A stretch of 62,418 nt of DNA, taken from Chara braunii. Its lineage: Eukaryota; Plantae; Charophyceae. The notes beneath the pieces were generated by a model. It searched no databases, was not told where the DNA came from, and worked only from the letters and a program-made list of their open reading frames with translations. Position 1 is the first letter of the stretch, and every line of letters starts with the position of its first letter. The stretch lies in NCBI GenBank assembly GCA_003427395.1, contig BFEA01000008.1, positions 4,861,370 through 4,923,787 on the forward strand, given 5' to 3'. Of this stretch, positions 51,512 to 62,418 are shown one piece after another. A program made the position numbers and the translations under genes.

Positions 51512-51931
51512 TGCAAGGGAGATGAGCAATAGCGATCTTTAGAAATCAAACAGCAACATACATATGAGACCAGATAGTCTTGACCTCGAACCAACAGCAG
51601 AATTGCATCACGAGTTTCGCCAAGTATGAAAACATCAAGAACTCATAATTGACAATGCTGAAATAGTCCCATCATTATCAACGAAGAACCAGAGTTGATA
51701 TCCTCGGCGCCCAAACTACATACGACAAATCCTATTACTACAATGCCGATGATGACGTCAACACCTTCTCGAGCAGATCTCAGCCAATACCGCACGTGTC
51801 AAGCACCAGGTACATCTCTCGCCTCACTCACAACTTCGATCCCCATCACAGATACCACGTGTACCCAAGGGTCATCTTTCGCCCCTCCTCAGCATAGCGC
51901 AGGGGGCTGGATTCGACGACACACACACACA

Positions 51932-51965
<34 letters not shown>

Positions 51966-53560
51966 CTACTTGACTATATAAATATATATATATATCGTCA
52001 CAAACAGAACTGCCCGGTAAACCGTAGGCAGAGAGAGAGAAGAGGACAACAAAAGAGGGGCTGTGTATATACATATGTTCCTATTATACACACAATGGGT
52101 TACATACACACACATACACACACTCACAAATAGTGAATATGTCCGTAGTTTAGGAATAGATTCATTCGATTTTGCTCATCCTATTAATGTGAGTGTGATA
52201 GTGTACCTTTCTGTTTTTTAGTGGTAGATTCATTTATTTATTTATTTATTTTTATTTTATCAATAAAATTACCTAGTAGTAGCAAGAAGAAAACTTACCT
52301 TCTTTCTCTCTCGCTCCTCACCACGACCCGCCACGATGTGCAGCATACCGAGAATATGACACGGAGGACACGACCGGTATATGCGTGTGTTCCAGCAAGT
52401 CGGGCGGGTAGCGAACGTGACCTCGGAGGCAATACGATTACCAAGCCTCGATTGCTTTCTTCGAGATAAGGGTGTCGAGGTAAAAAACGGGCGACAGGTA
52501 AGTCGCCATCACACCCTCTTCCCTTATCCTCCTCCTCCTCCTTCTTCTACCTCTTCTTCTTCTTCTTCCTCTTCTTCTCCTTCTCTCCTTCTCCTACCAC
52601 TTCTCCCTCTATTTTATCTCGCTATCTTCTTCGCGGGCTGCTATTTTGCTGCTCCCACCGCGTGGTCACTCCGTCGTTCCCTGTTTGTTCTCCCGTTGGT
52701 CTTCCCTGTAGTTATAGTCTCCTTTACTGTAATCGTCATCTCCGTCACTGACTCCTCACCTTCTCCCTCATCCCCTTCGTCGTTCTCTCCTTTGCTACCT
52801 TCCCGCTCCCATTCTCCATCTTCATCCTTCCTCTTTTTTCTCCTTCTTTTCTCCCTCTTCTTCTTCTTTTCCTTCTTCCTCCTTCTCAACCCATGTATGC
52901 CTCTTTCCTCAAGATCACGCCCTTACACCGGTGGCGATAGAAATGCGAGCGCCTTGCGATGACAACTACGATACCGTCTTCACCCTCATCATTCAAGACT
53001 GCACGCAGCCTTCATCCACCTGCGCTTGCTCCTGTTTGCGCATCCTCCGTTAGCCCGCTTACGTACTAGCGCGCCCGTACGCCGGCTACTTCGTTCGTCT
53101 ACTCCTGCTCGGGCGCTTGTCCGCTAGTAGTTGCGCTCACTGCCTTGCTTCGCTCGCTCTCCGCTCTCCTACTAAGTCTCTACTCCCTCCCTCTGCCTAG
53201 CTCTCACCACGTTGCCCAAGCAAGCCGATGTTTGACTTGCTATCGCGGAGCCAGGTACAGTCCTGGCTTAGCTTTGCTCGAAGCACTGCCGCAACAGTGG
53301 GGTATCCAGTGTTTCTCTCGGGAATGAATTTAACCGAGAATCGAGGTAAATTCAAAAAGAAATGAAAAATAAACTTAATAAGAAGAAAAATAAAAAGAAA
53401 AAAAAGTGAAAAGAAAAGGCAGAAAATCCAAAAAGAAAGAAAAGAAAAAGAAAAGAAAATTCAAACAGAATCTAGCCTCTAATTACCTTGGCTCGCCAAG
53501 TAGCGGGCCCCTGTTATAGCGGGGAGCTCAAGTCCTAACTAACCTACTAACAACAACCAA

Positions 53561-53603
53561 TTCCTAATCCGACGGTCGCGGGTTCGAGTCCTGCCAGTCC
53601 TCG
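53561..53603 (+). pseudogene. 3' half of a tRNA (TTCCTAA loop, Arg-CCU-like)
   Basis: ttcctaa...ggtc-gcggg-ttcgagt-cctgc T-arm; no 5' half. Confidence 0.5.
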
Positions 53604-56600
53604 TGTGGGGTGAAAACGGGCGGCCCCAGTGCTGCTCCCTATCAAAAGAAACTAGCTCAGGGTCGGCTAGACTCAATCCCCAAGTCTGTGGCATCACATT
53701 CCGGACGTGTACCTACTGAGCTAGCTCCCAATTCTGATAAAAAAGGAGCAACTCTAGTATGTATAGAGTAGTGTCTCAACCCATCTCAATAATACGAGCC
53801 TATTTCAGAGTTCGCTCATGTGTGCGGTTGTCTGCTCGCATGCCTATTTTGAGTGCTTTGTCTGTTTGAGTGTGTGCGTGACCCGCAAGGGCACTTGGTA
53901 GAGTGGACAGCCTGAAGGACCGGTGCTTACCAGCGGCCGTGACATTGAGGGTTGCGGCAGGGAAAACACTCAAGTGGCGGGAAAAGAGGCTCGTGACACT
54001 TCAGAATAGTGAAAAATTCAAGTAGTGGGTAGGCCAGTATCACACCCAGTAGAGGTAGATGTGCCCGGCACTCGAGGCCGCGCAAAAGGAAGACAACGGT
54101 TGACATTTTTAGAGGCCCAACATCGGTCGTCGCCGCTTGGTGTGGTGGTGGCACATTTCTATTGGCTGCCCTGGCCACGCGGTCGGGGCTTATATTATTT
54201 CAGTCCGCTTTTGAGCTTACGGCGGCGCGACGAACAGATTTTCCCATCCCAATCAGTCCGACGCATCTGGACTTGGTCTAATTTATTTTTCCCTTACTGC
54301 CTGAATCTTTGACTGTTTTAGATTGTGGTCGATGCATCCCGCACGACCTTTTCTTGTCCTCATCCAACCCTCCGGCTCTCACGGCCGAAGACTTTTAATT
54401 TTTACTAACCTTTACCTGCTGGCGTATGCGTCGTATCACTGTGCACGGTCGCCTAGGAATCTCGGCCTTAATGGTCGAGAAGTTTGCTTCACAGCACCAA
54501 GCCAAAAAAATTCACACTTTTTACTCCAGACTGTCTCCAGCACGGCGACAGACGTTGATGCTGTATCATATGCAAAATCATGAGCAAATACCCTTGTAAG
54601 GGTGTTTGCTCCGACAGTCTTCTCGGACCCCGTTCAGCGACATCCCCGTCGTTGGGGAACCTAAATGCAAACAAAAGCCTTCTGACGTGATAAGTTGTCA
54701 AAATCCGATTTCCTGGATGAAGTTGCGGTTTGAAGACCCTCAATGTCTCCCTTGGTGCGTCCATACTGCCAGGATTTTAACCTGGGCCTCCCATATACTT
54801 TGAAAAAATTGTAATACCAAGGAATAATTATTTCATATGACTCAAAGTGAGAATACTGGATCTGTACTACAGTTACAGAGGTCACCAAGGAAGATAATGA
54901 TAGCCTCTCCCCTCAACTTTAGACTTTATCTGCCAGGATCTCGTTGGGTATCCTAGGAGTTAGGAATCATAGTTGAGTTCTACTCTTTGGACGTGAATCT
55001 TAACCTAAGTCATATTTTACCGTCCCACCCGAAGTCTAATGCGAGGGGATCGGTAACCTCGGTCTTAACCCACCACAGTCGGTTGATCAGGTCGGATATG
55101 CGGCCCACCATTTTGTTATTCTAACGGCGGTACCCGTATTGGTTACGCAATACATGATAAAATATTTCTATCAAAATATCTAGACCTGACTCTTGATCCC
55201 TCCGATATCTACCTGAACCGATACTATCATTAGGGAGTCTTTCCCCTCATGTTTAGTCCCAGGCCGTAATCGGAAGGTCCGCTGTCTGGTTATACTAGGT
55301 CAGCAGCCCACGCTGGGAGTTACGTCCCAACGATGCCAATTTTCCACCATAGGCTTGGTAATTTTAAGTCCCTCAGACTGACCTCCATAAGTGGATGACC
55401 GATGATCATTTAAAAAAATATACATATGAATATCAATTTGACCAAATAAAATTTTCTCCCCTCGTCAGTTGTCTCTGAATGGGTGAACAACCCTATTGAA
55501 TGTATATATGAAAGAAAACAAATTCATCAATAAGAATGATTTAACATGATTGTCATATTTGTCTCTGATCGATGGGCATCGTCAGAGCCACTTAGGGGCC
55601 GTGCCTCCCAGACCTCGATCACAGGTTGGATAGGCACACGTCTCGGGGATCTTTTTCCAATAAAAAAAACAACCAAAATATTCATAAAGAAAGTACAAAA
55701 AATATTTTTTAAACCCCATTGTCTTGTCAGAAGGTAGAAAAAACATTCATTCCATTCATAACATACATTTTCCTGACTCGCAGGGTTTTTCAAATGCATC
55801 AAAATTTTGATTTTCTCACACCCCTTTTTCAGGGTCTTTTTCAAAAATAATCACATAAGACAAGATATGAAAAGACTGACAACGAAGCAAAATGTTTTCA
55901 GAATGTACAAATCACATGCCACTTTATCTTTTTTGAACACCGAGGTGTTTTCCCATGCATCCTAGTTCAAAATTTTGACATCACAGACTGTACATATATC
56001 CAAGATACACATTTCATCAATCACAACCAAACACTGGACTTACTCAATTGTGAAAGTGGAAAGTGTTTCTCGTCGGCACACCCCATAGATAGAAATCATA
56101 TATGACTCAGGAAAAAAATTAGTCGAATCCATAATGTCGAGTCAAAAATAATCTTGAAACTCGAGTCACATGTCTCTCTTATCCCTTATTGTTAGGGTAC
56201 ACATGCTAAGTCAGAAAAGTATAAAAGAGACAATAAAATCTTATGACACCTCATATATCGGAGTACATACTCTATGACACTTCATCTATCCTATCTACTG
56301 ATGTTCATCATTGTATCTAAGCGAGAAATAAATAACAAATATGTCGCAGATCTTACCTCACTTTCGACTACTGGAGCATAATACCTTATCTGGAGAAAAG
56401 AAAATGTGAGAATCCTTCTATAGAACTCAAAAGAAAAAAATCAAAAGGTCGCACATCCACCAGTTAGGCGCAAACCTTTCCTAATTTCCCCATGTTAAGT
56501 CCTATCTACTTAAATAACTAGGGTATGAACCTTTCTTGGCACATTTACGTATGTCCCTCTTCATGTCAATAAGCCTCTTGTTCCTATCTGTCTTAGCTAA

Positions 56601-57011
56601 AACCTCAATCTCATCCCGTTTGTACCAAAGATAATTTTACCTCAATTGTATCCCTTCAAGTGTCTACACAACGTTTTCATGCTTCTTCTCTCATTCATTT
56701 ATCTGGTTGGACTCCACCGTTTCTTTCACCGATATCAGAAGATTTTGTTTAAGTCATCGTCACTTCTTCTTTATTTTATTCCACTGCCTCCCCTACTTGT
56801 CATATATTATGCTTCGGTGGATAAAATCTTCTCACCCAACTTGCTTCCCTTTCTGCATACCTTCCTCATTCCTTCCTTCAATAGTCATCTTGCAGTTACC
56901 CCCTCTTAAAGGAAAATATTTCTATATCTGGTAACCGTGACTTCTTGACGATGTTGCCATCCAATGACCTCACGATTCTCTGTCATTGCTACAGGTTGTT
57001 GCCTTTGTCCA

Positions 57012-58040
57012 TCATTCATCCTCCCGTCGTAAGGCTTCCTGTCTCATCCCTCCATGTTTGTTTGGGTTAATAAGGTTTCCAAATCTGTCAAAAACACTTC
57101 CTTCGATATTGGTGCTAATCAGACCATCGGCTTCATCAATCTTTCTAACATGACAAAACTTCATTGTATGCCCTTCTCGGGTACAATGCCAACAGACAAC
57201 CTTTCTCAAATCCACTTTTCTTTTCCAATATCCTTGACCACTTTCCTGACCACCATTTCCTCGACCTCCTTCCCAATCTTGACCTTGCCCACTACTCATG
57301 ACTATTTGAGCACGGTTTTTTGCCCTCCGTTGGGCTTTGGTCAATTTAGGAGGTTTAGGTCCTTCTTCCATATCAATCACTCTTTTATCTCCTTTCCTTT
57401 CTTGGTCATCACACCGTTTTTTCTCAGCCTTTGCAGATAGAAGAGAGCCTCGATTATCATCATTCATTTTCTCTCCACTCCCACCAGCTAGGTCATCTGA
57501 CGATCCCTCCGGGACCTTTCGCTTGCCTTTCCTGTCTCTCTCTAGTTGCATCATTCTCTCTTCCAATTCTCCCACCTTTTTCCGTATACTGCCTATTTCC
57601 CCTTGCGTAGACGTACCACCGACTACTTGCTCAGAGCTTTCACAATGATGACTGGCGACTTCGCTTTCTAGGAACCTCAAGCTCAACAAACCCTCAAATT
57701 CACTCCAAGTTCTTGATCTCAATATGAAATCATATACTTCTTCGCTGAACTCTTCATACACGAATAAAGGCAGCATAGTCAATATCGCTCTCTCATCCCA
57801 TTTCTTCTCAAGGCCAAAGTTGAGGTAATCGCACAAAAAGTTAGGCAGGTTCTTCCCTTGAAACAACAGAGCTTTAAGGTTTTGGGGCATTGACTCGTTT
57901 ACAGACTCGTGCGTTAATGCTTTAACGAGAGACGAATTCCTCCAAAGTAAAACCTTAGCCAATCCGCCATCCTTAGCCATTGTCTCCGCTGCGTACCTGT
58001 ACAAGTACAGCAAGTGATAAAGCGTGAGGCTGTAAGCCAA
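57012..58040 (-). CDS. Retrotransposon Gag-like protein with a CCHC zinc knuckle
   Basis: CWHCTREGHTMKFC (CX2CX4HX4C) after a coiled-coil and a G-rich linker; lies downstream of the PBS; start uncertain. Confidence 0.75.
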   Translation of the reverse strand: MAYSLTLYHLLYLYRYAAETMAKDGGLAKVLLWRNSSLVKALTHESVNESMPQNLKALLFQGKNLPNFLCDYLNFGLEKKWDERAILTMLPLFVYEEFSEEVYDFILRSRTWSEFEGLLSLRFLESEVASHHCESSEQVVGGTSTQGEIGSIRKKVGELEERMMQLERDRKGKRKVPEGSSDDLAGGSGEKMNDDNRGSLLSAKAEKKRCDDQERKGDKRVIDMEEGPKPPKLTKAQRRAKNRAQIVMSSGQGQDWEGGRGNGGQESGQGYWKRKVDLRKVVCWHCTREGHTMKFCHVRKIDEADGLISTNIEGSVFDRFGNLINPNKHGGMRQEALRREDE

Positions 58041-61000
58041 AGATTGTTCTCAAGAAGCATTCTCCTTTTCTATCTTAACAAATTTAAAGGTAACCTAATA
58101 CCACCAATATACGAATGGATAATCTCTTAAACAGCCACCTGGCGGAGCAGTAAAAATGTGTCATGAACATATACGAATCATGTAAGCAGATGAGAAAAAA
58201 ATACATAAATTAAGACTATAAGTTGCGCGCATGAAATTAATAACATTTATTGCCCGCCTACCTTCATTCGAAGCTCATCGAAGTATTCAAATTTTCATTT
58301 AGGTCATGAGAATCAGTGTAAGTGTTAACAATATAAATCATACTTTGATGCTTTCGGTTGAGGAGCCCGGACCCTATTTCTAGGTATAATATCTCGCTCG
58401 TATAGCGCTTTATGTCCCCATCCTTTTTCTATCAAAGTTGCCTCCGCTGATGTCTTTATTTTTCTCTCATCCCTTAAAATATTCTTCCACAATGAACTCG
58501 GGTAGAACGACTCGCAACGGGGAGGAGAGGAATACAAACTTATCTGCACCCTTGACCTCATTAACAACGGATACCGACTCATCTTTTTTCTGACACATTT
58601 CTTTTACCCACTTCGCAACAGCCACTTCAGTTAGTCCTAATAGTCTCGTGAGCAGACTTTCACGTCTCAATGTCAACTCGATACCGAAAGTAATCTAGAA
58701 AGATGACGAGGGGTACAGGGTCATTGCACTGTCCTCATCATTGTTGAAGCTAGATTCAATCCAAAAATAAGGGTACCCTCATTTAAAGACGTACCCCACC
58801 AAAAACCAATATATTTATCCTTCCTAACTAAACTTGACAAGGACAACTCAAACCCACTCTCTTTTTCAATAAGCAAGGCTACGCTGGGGTCTTCCTTAGC
58901 ATACGAGTTTCTGACCTTCTTGAGTTACTTCTAGGTTCTGCTCACAAACGTCCAGCAAACATTTTCCATCACTATCCAAAATCCCTTCTTTTCACAATAC
59001 CCCCTCTGAAAGGTAATCTTCAAATCATACCTCACTAACATTGCTCATTTCCAACGTCTAAGACCATTTAAAAACATATGATATTATACTGCGATAATAA
59101 TGCATTCGTGATGTCATTATCGTAATAATTGTCACTTATAGTAGGGACATACTACCATAGTGATTACAATAATCAATAATTTTAATAGTTGAGTAAGGAA
59201 ATAGTATTAACGAGCGTAAAAACAAGTTTAACTGGCATACGCATACATAGTGATGACGAAAAACTTATGGTAGCTGTTATGATAGACAACAGTCATGCTG
59301 TGGTCAATAAGCCTCTCAACAATGAATGCTTTTAAAATATAAAAATGAGAGTATCACATTCTACTCCCTGGGCTTTGACAAGAGTATATTGTGTCAAGGG
59401 GCATTGTAATCCCTTAAAAGGGTTAACATCTTAGACTCCCGAGCCCCGCTCAAGGATCAAGCCTCACTGCTTCACCCTTCGATTTCAATATTCGTTCCTC
59501 GCAGACCCTTGTCCATTAGTAGACAACCCCACCATACACGTTCCAGGATCCATATCCCATCTCGTACAGATGAACCCACTTGACACAAAGATAGCTGGGA
59601 CATCACCCCCTGCTTCCTTGCGGCAGGTAGTAGTCGCCTCCTTCACAGACCATAGTCTAACAAGACCCACTACTTTCACAGACCATAGTCACTCCATTCA
59701 CCTTCGACCCTTCGTCGAACGTGGATTTTGCGTAGCACCTCTGCTTTTTATAAGGAGAGCAATCAGCCATAAAGTTTTAAGTGAAATAGACATAAATTAA
59801 TAATCATACTTGATTATCTCATAAAGATGAATTAAGGCATACAGTCTTAAATAAACAAACTCAGATGGGTGACTTAGGCGAGTAACCGTGAATAAAAATG
59901 CATCAGATAGATAATCTCATATGAATAGTATTAAATATGTTTGACTAAAATAAACTTGGCACGAATGAATAAATTTACATAGATAAGCTCAATGAATGGT
60001 TTTAAAATGAAGGAATTCAAGCGCTTAGATTCAGACAGATGATCTTGGAGTAGATGAGTTCTATCAGATAGCGTCATACCTGAATCTTGTCAGCAAGTTA
60101 AACATAAACAGAATGATTCAATACCAACTCCTCACTCCCTTACTGAATACACTCAGGACCACGAGCCTTTGACCGCCCTTCATAGACGAAATCGTCCTCT
60201 AAATTTCTCCCACGGACGGACTCGACTTACATTGACTTTTTCCTAGTACTGGACTTTTATTAAGAACCTACAGCAAATAAGGGTCCCTACTGACTCTACC
60301 TATATTTAGACCCCCTTGTATCCCTAGATATGTGTTCCACTCATTGACATGTTATTAGAATTCTCCTTCCCTTCTCTTGCTATAGCCGATTGATTGGTAC
60401 TTTTACTTATGAAGAGAAATTTGTGCCTATTCATGATGAAAACCCATAGAAATCGCCTCACACCTATCTAGATCGCTTTATCCCTAAGGAGGTGCCAACA
60501 CCTTTTCTCAACTCCCCTTTTTCTTCCCAGGCGGATACCCCCTTCGTTATAGGTATTGTTACTGACAAGGAAAGAAGTATAGAAATCATCGTGACCTACT
60601 CCCCCTCGAGGGTATTTTTGTCTAATGACCTAGACAAGTATTAAATCATTACTTATCCTGGTCAAGCGTCGTGTTGACGGAACGACATCTTTAAATGATC
60701 CCTTTGTACAATAGGTATGAAATCAGTCCGCATAATTCTACCTGACATAGGAAGAATAGTGTCAGGGTGATACATAACCGATGATCCGCAGGTACAGCCT
60801 GAGATACTACGGGAGAGTCAGGCACATGCGTCGGCGGCGGAAGAGCAGGTCGAGGTGGCTGTGGAAGGACAGTCAACTGTCGAAGTCGACGTGCCATGAA
60901 AAAAGAGGGAGAAATATATTTCATTTGCTAAGTACGAAGGGGCTGTTCGAATCGTGGGGACGGAGCGCCGTAATGCTGCTCGTATTTATATGAATAATAG

Positions 61001-61873
61001 GTCATCCTTTTAGGGGACGGCTTGCGTTCGCGCAAATCTTCCTGATATCGACGCTATCTCTACCATTCCCACTTTTCCTCCTCTTCCTCTTCTTCCTCCC
61101 GCTCTTCTCTTTCCTTAGTCAAATCAATAGGTCCATCTGTCGCTTTTCCTTGCCGTCCACCTCTTCCCCTTCCAACTCCTGATTCGCGCGGCATGGTTAG
61201 AGAAAAGGTATTACTTGCGTACCTTCCTAGCCGCCTACTGATCTTATGTATATAAACTATCTAATTATTTACCTAAAGGTTTTCAGAAGCGAGAATTACG
61301 ACAAAAACGAAGATTATTCTAGTGGGAAGGAATTAGTGCTGCCGAAAAAACCTCTTTGCACAGATTCGATGAGAACTTCGTCAATTCTTATCGTGTCAAA
61401 CGACTTATTCCGCTATACCTACTGATTCTTCTTTTATGAAGACTTTGCGGTCCTCAGCCGCTATTCGCACATTCCCCTTACGAACAAGTTCGGGAGCAGT
61501 TTCCTCGGAAGGTGATAGGGATGTCGTCTAAGGCTTACATGGCTTTAACTAGTACTCATCTTCTCTTAAGAGGAGCTCGCTCTTATAGACCACCAAATAT
61601 AAAAAATAGCCACCCTATCAACAAGTGGAAGCCACACGACATTCTACTTTATCGTTTTGCTAAGGCTTCAATTTACCAGACCCAGGTCCGTTCACATAGG
61701 ACCCCGGCAGGCAACTGAAGATCACCGGCAACGCATCAATCTGTTGCCGGTGGACGGTTTGCATTTCTAGTGATAATCACGCTATCCATTAAACCAAAGG
61801 TCGTCGTTTTGCCGTGATCATCGTTTCACCATACCCGAGTCCGTTCACTAAGGACCTCGGCTGGAAAGCGAGA

Positions 61874-61891
61874 TCCCGGGCAACGACGCCA
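61874..61891 (-). promoter_or_regulatory. Primer-binding site complementary to the tRNA-Asp 3' end
   Basis: TGGCGTCGTTGCCCGGGA, 2 nt after the LTR end; 16/18 to the Athila-type TGGCGCCGTTGCCGGGGA. Confidence 0.85.
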
Positions 61892-62418
61892 CCTGTCGCG
61901 CGAGGCGGTCCCTCGCCCTGAGGGGGAGCGTTGAACCTCACGGTCGTGTCACGCAAGATGTTTTGTCTGAAAAAGAACCAGCCACAACTCCAACAGTGCG
62001 CGCGTGCTATACCTCTCACGACGCCCAGCGGCAACTGAAAAAATGTGGAAAAAATCCATCAAGTTTCCAACTCGGTGCCCGTGGTGGACCAGCGTTGGAA
62101 CGACGATAAATGCCTTGCCCAACCGTTGGACCATCACCGTTGTGTGTTTCCAACAGTTTGATCAACACGTGGCCAACGTTGGTCCAACAACTGTTCAACG
62201 TTGATCCAACGTCTTTCCAACACGTCTGTGTTGAAATTAAAGTGCTGTCAGGTTGCCATGACAGAAGTTGACTACTGCGGGCCAATTAAGGCACAATCAC
62301 ATTGAATCCACCTGATTTGGCCCGCGGTAGTCAACTATGGACTTGGACGAGGTGCGCGGGTTGACAATTGCGCACGGAAAGCGAACACATCAAAAAAATG
62401 GAGCGCACGAAACAGCGT

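Larger units (their letters stand above)
45334..62026 (-). mobile_element. Large Athila-like Ty3/gypsy LTR element; LTR-end homology at 45334-45453 and 61894-62026
   Basis: Both repeats start TGTC(A/G)CG on + (LTR ...ACA end on -); PBS adjacent; gag on the - strand. Confidence 0.75.

Noticed and set aside
52381-52962. 193-aa Ser/Leu/Phe-rich ORF
   Set aside because: Low-complexity pyrimidine tract with no domain signal
61012-61043. U1 stem-loop IV-like TGCGTTCGCGC
   Set aside because: Only 11 nt, with no other U1 elements; likely chance
61715-61765. CUGAAGA followed by a hairpin (hammerhead-like)
   Set aside because: No GAAA or stem III; probably a leader hairpin near the PBS

Overview
Repeat-rich eukaryotic scaffold with very large TE-filled introns, microsatellites, TTTAGGG tracts and several N gaps. 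The overall style suggests a streptophyte alga such as Chara, but this is inference only. Two host genes are supported. One is an intronless Sua5/YrdC (t6A synthesis) ORF on + (~2936-4021). The other is a four-exon Mn superoxide dismutase on - (40909-40772, 25062-24981, 23770-23577, 20485-20201; 232 aa) whose first intron is ~15.7 kb. Inside that intron, on the gene's sense strand, lies a non-coding unit of ~2.4 kb bounded by direct repeats. It carries one intact type III hammerhead ribozyme (38896-38952), a decayed second copy, and an array of U2 snRNA core fragments, each preceded by a branch-point-like CTAAC motif. This retrozyme-like, U2-carrying element is the best candidate for something undescribed. 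Further right are a tyrosine-recombinase gene split by a TSD-flanked insertion and a >16.5 kb Athila-like Ty3/gypsy element with a tRNA-Asp PBS, a CCHC gag and no visible pol. The window also contains an orphan 5.8S rRNA copy, tRNA-derived SINE-like heads, several MITE families and tandem repeats. Six Nextera mate-pair junction adapters mark local assembly artefacts.
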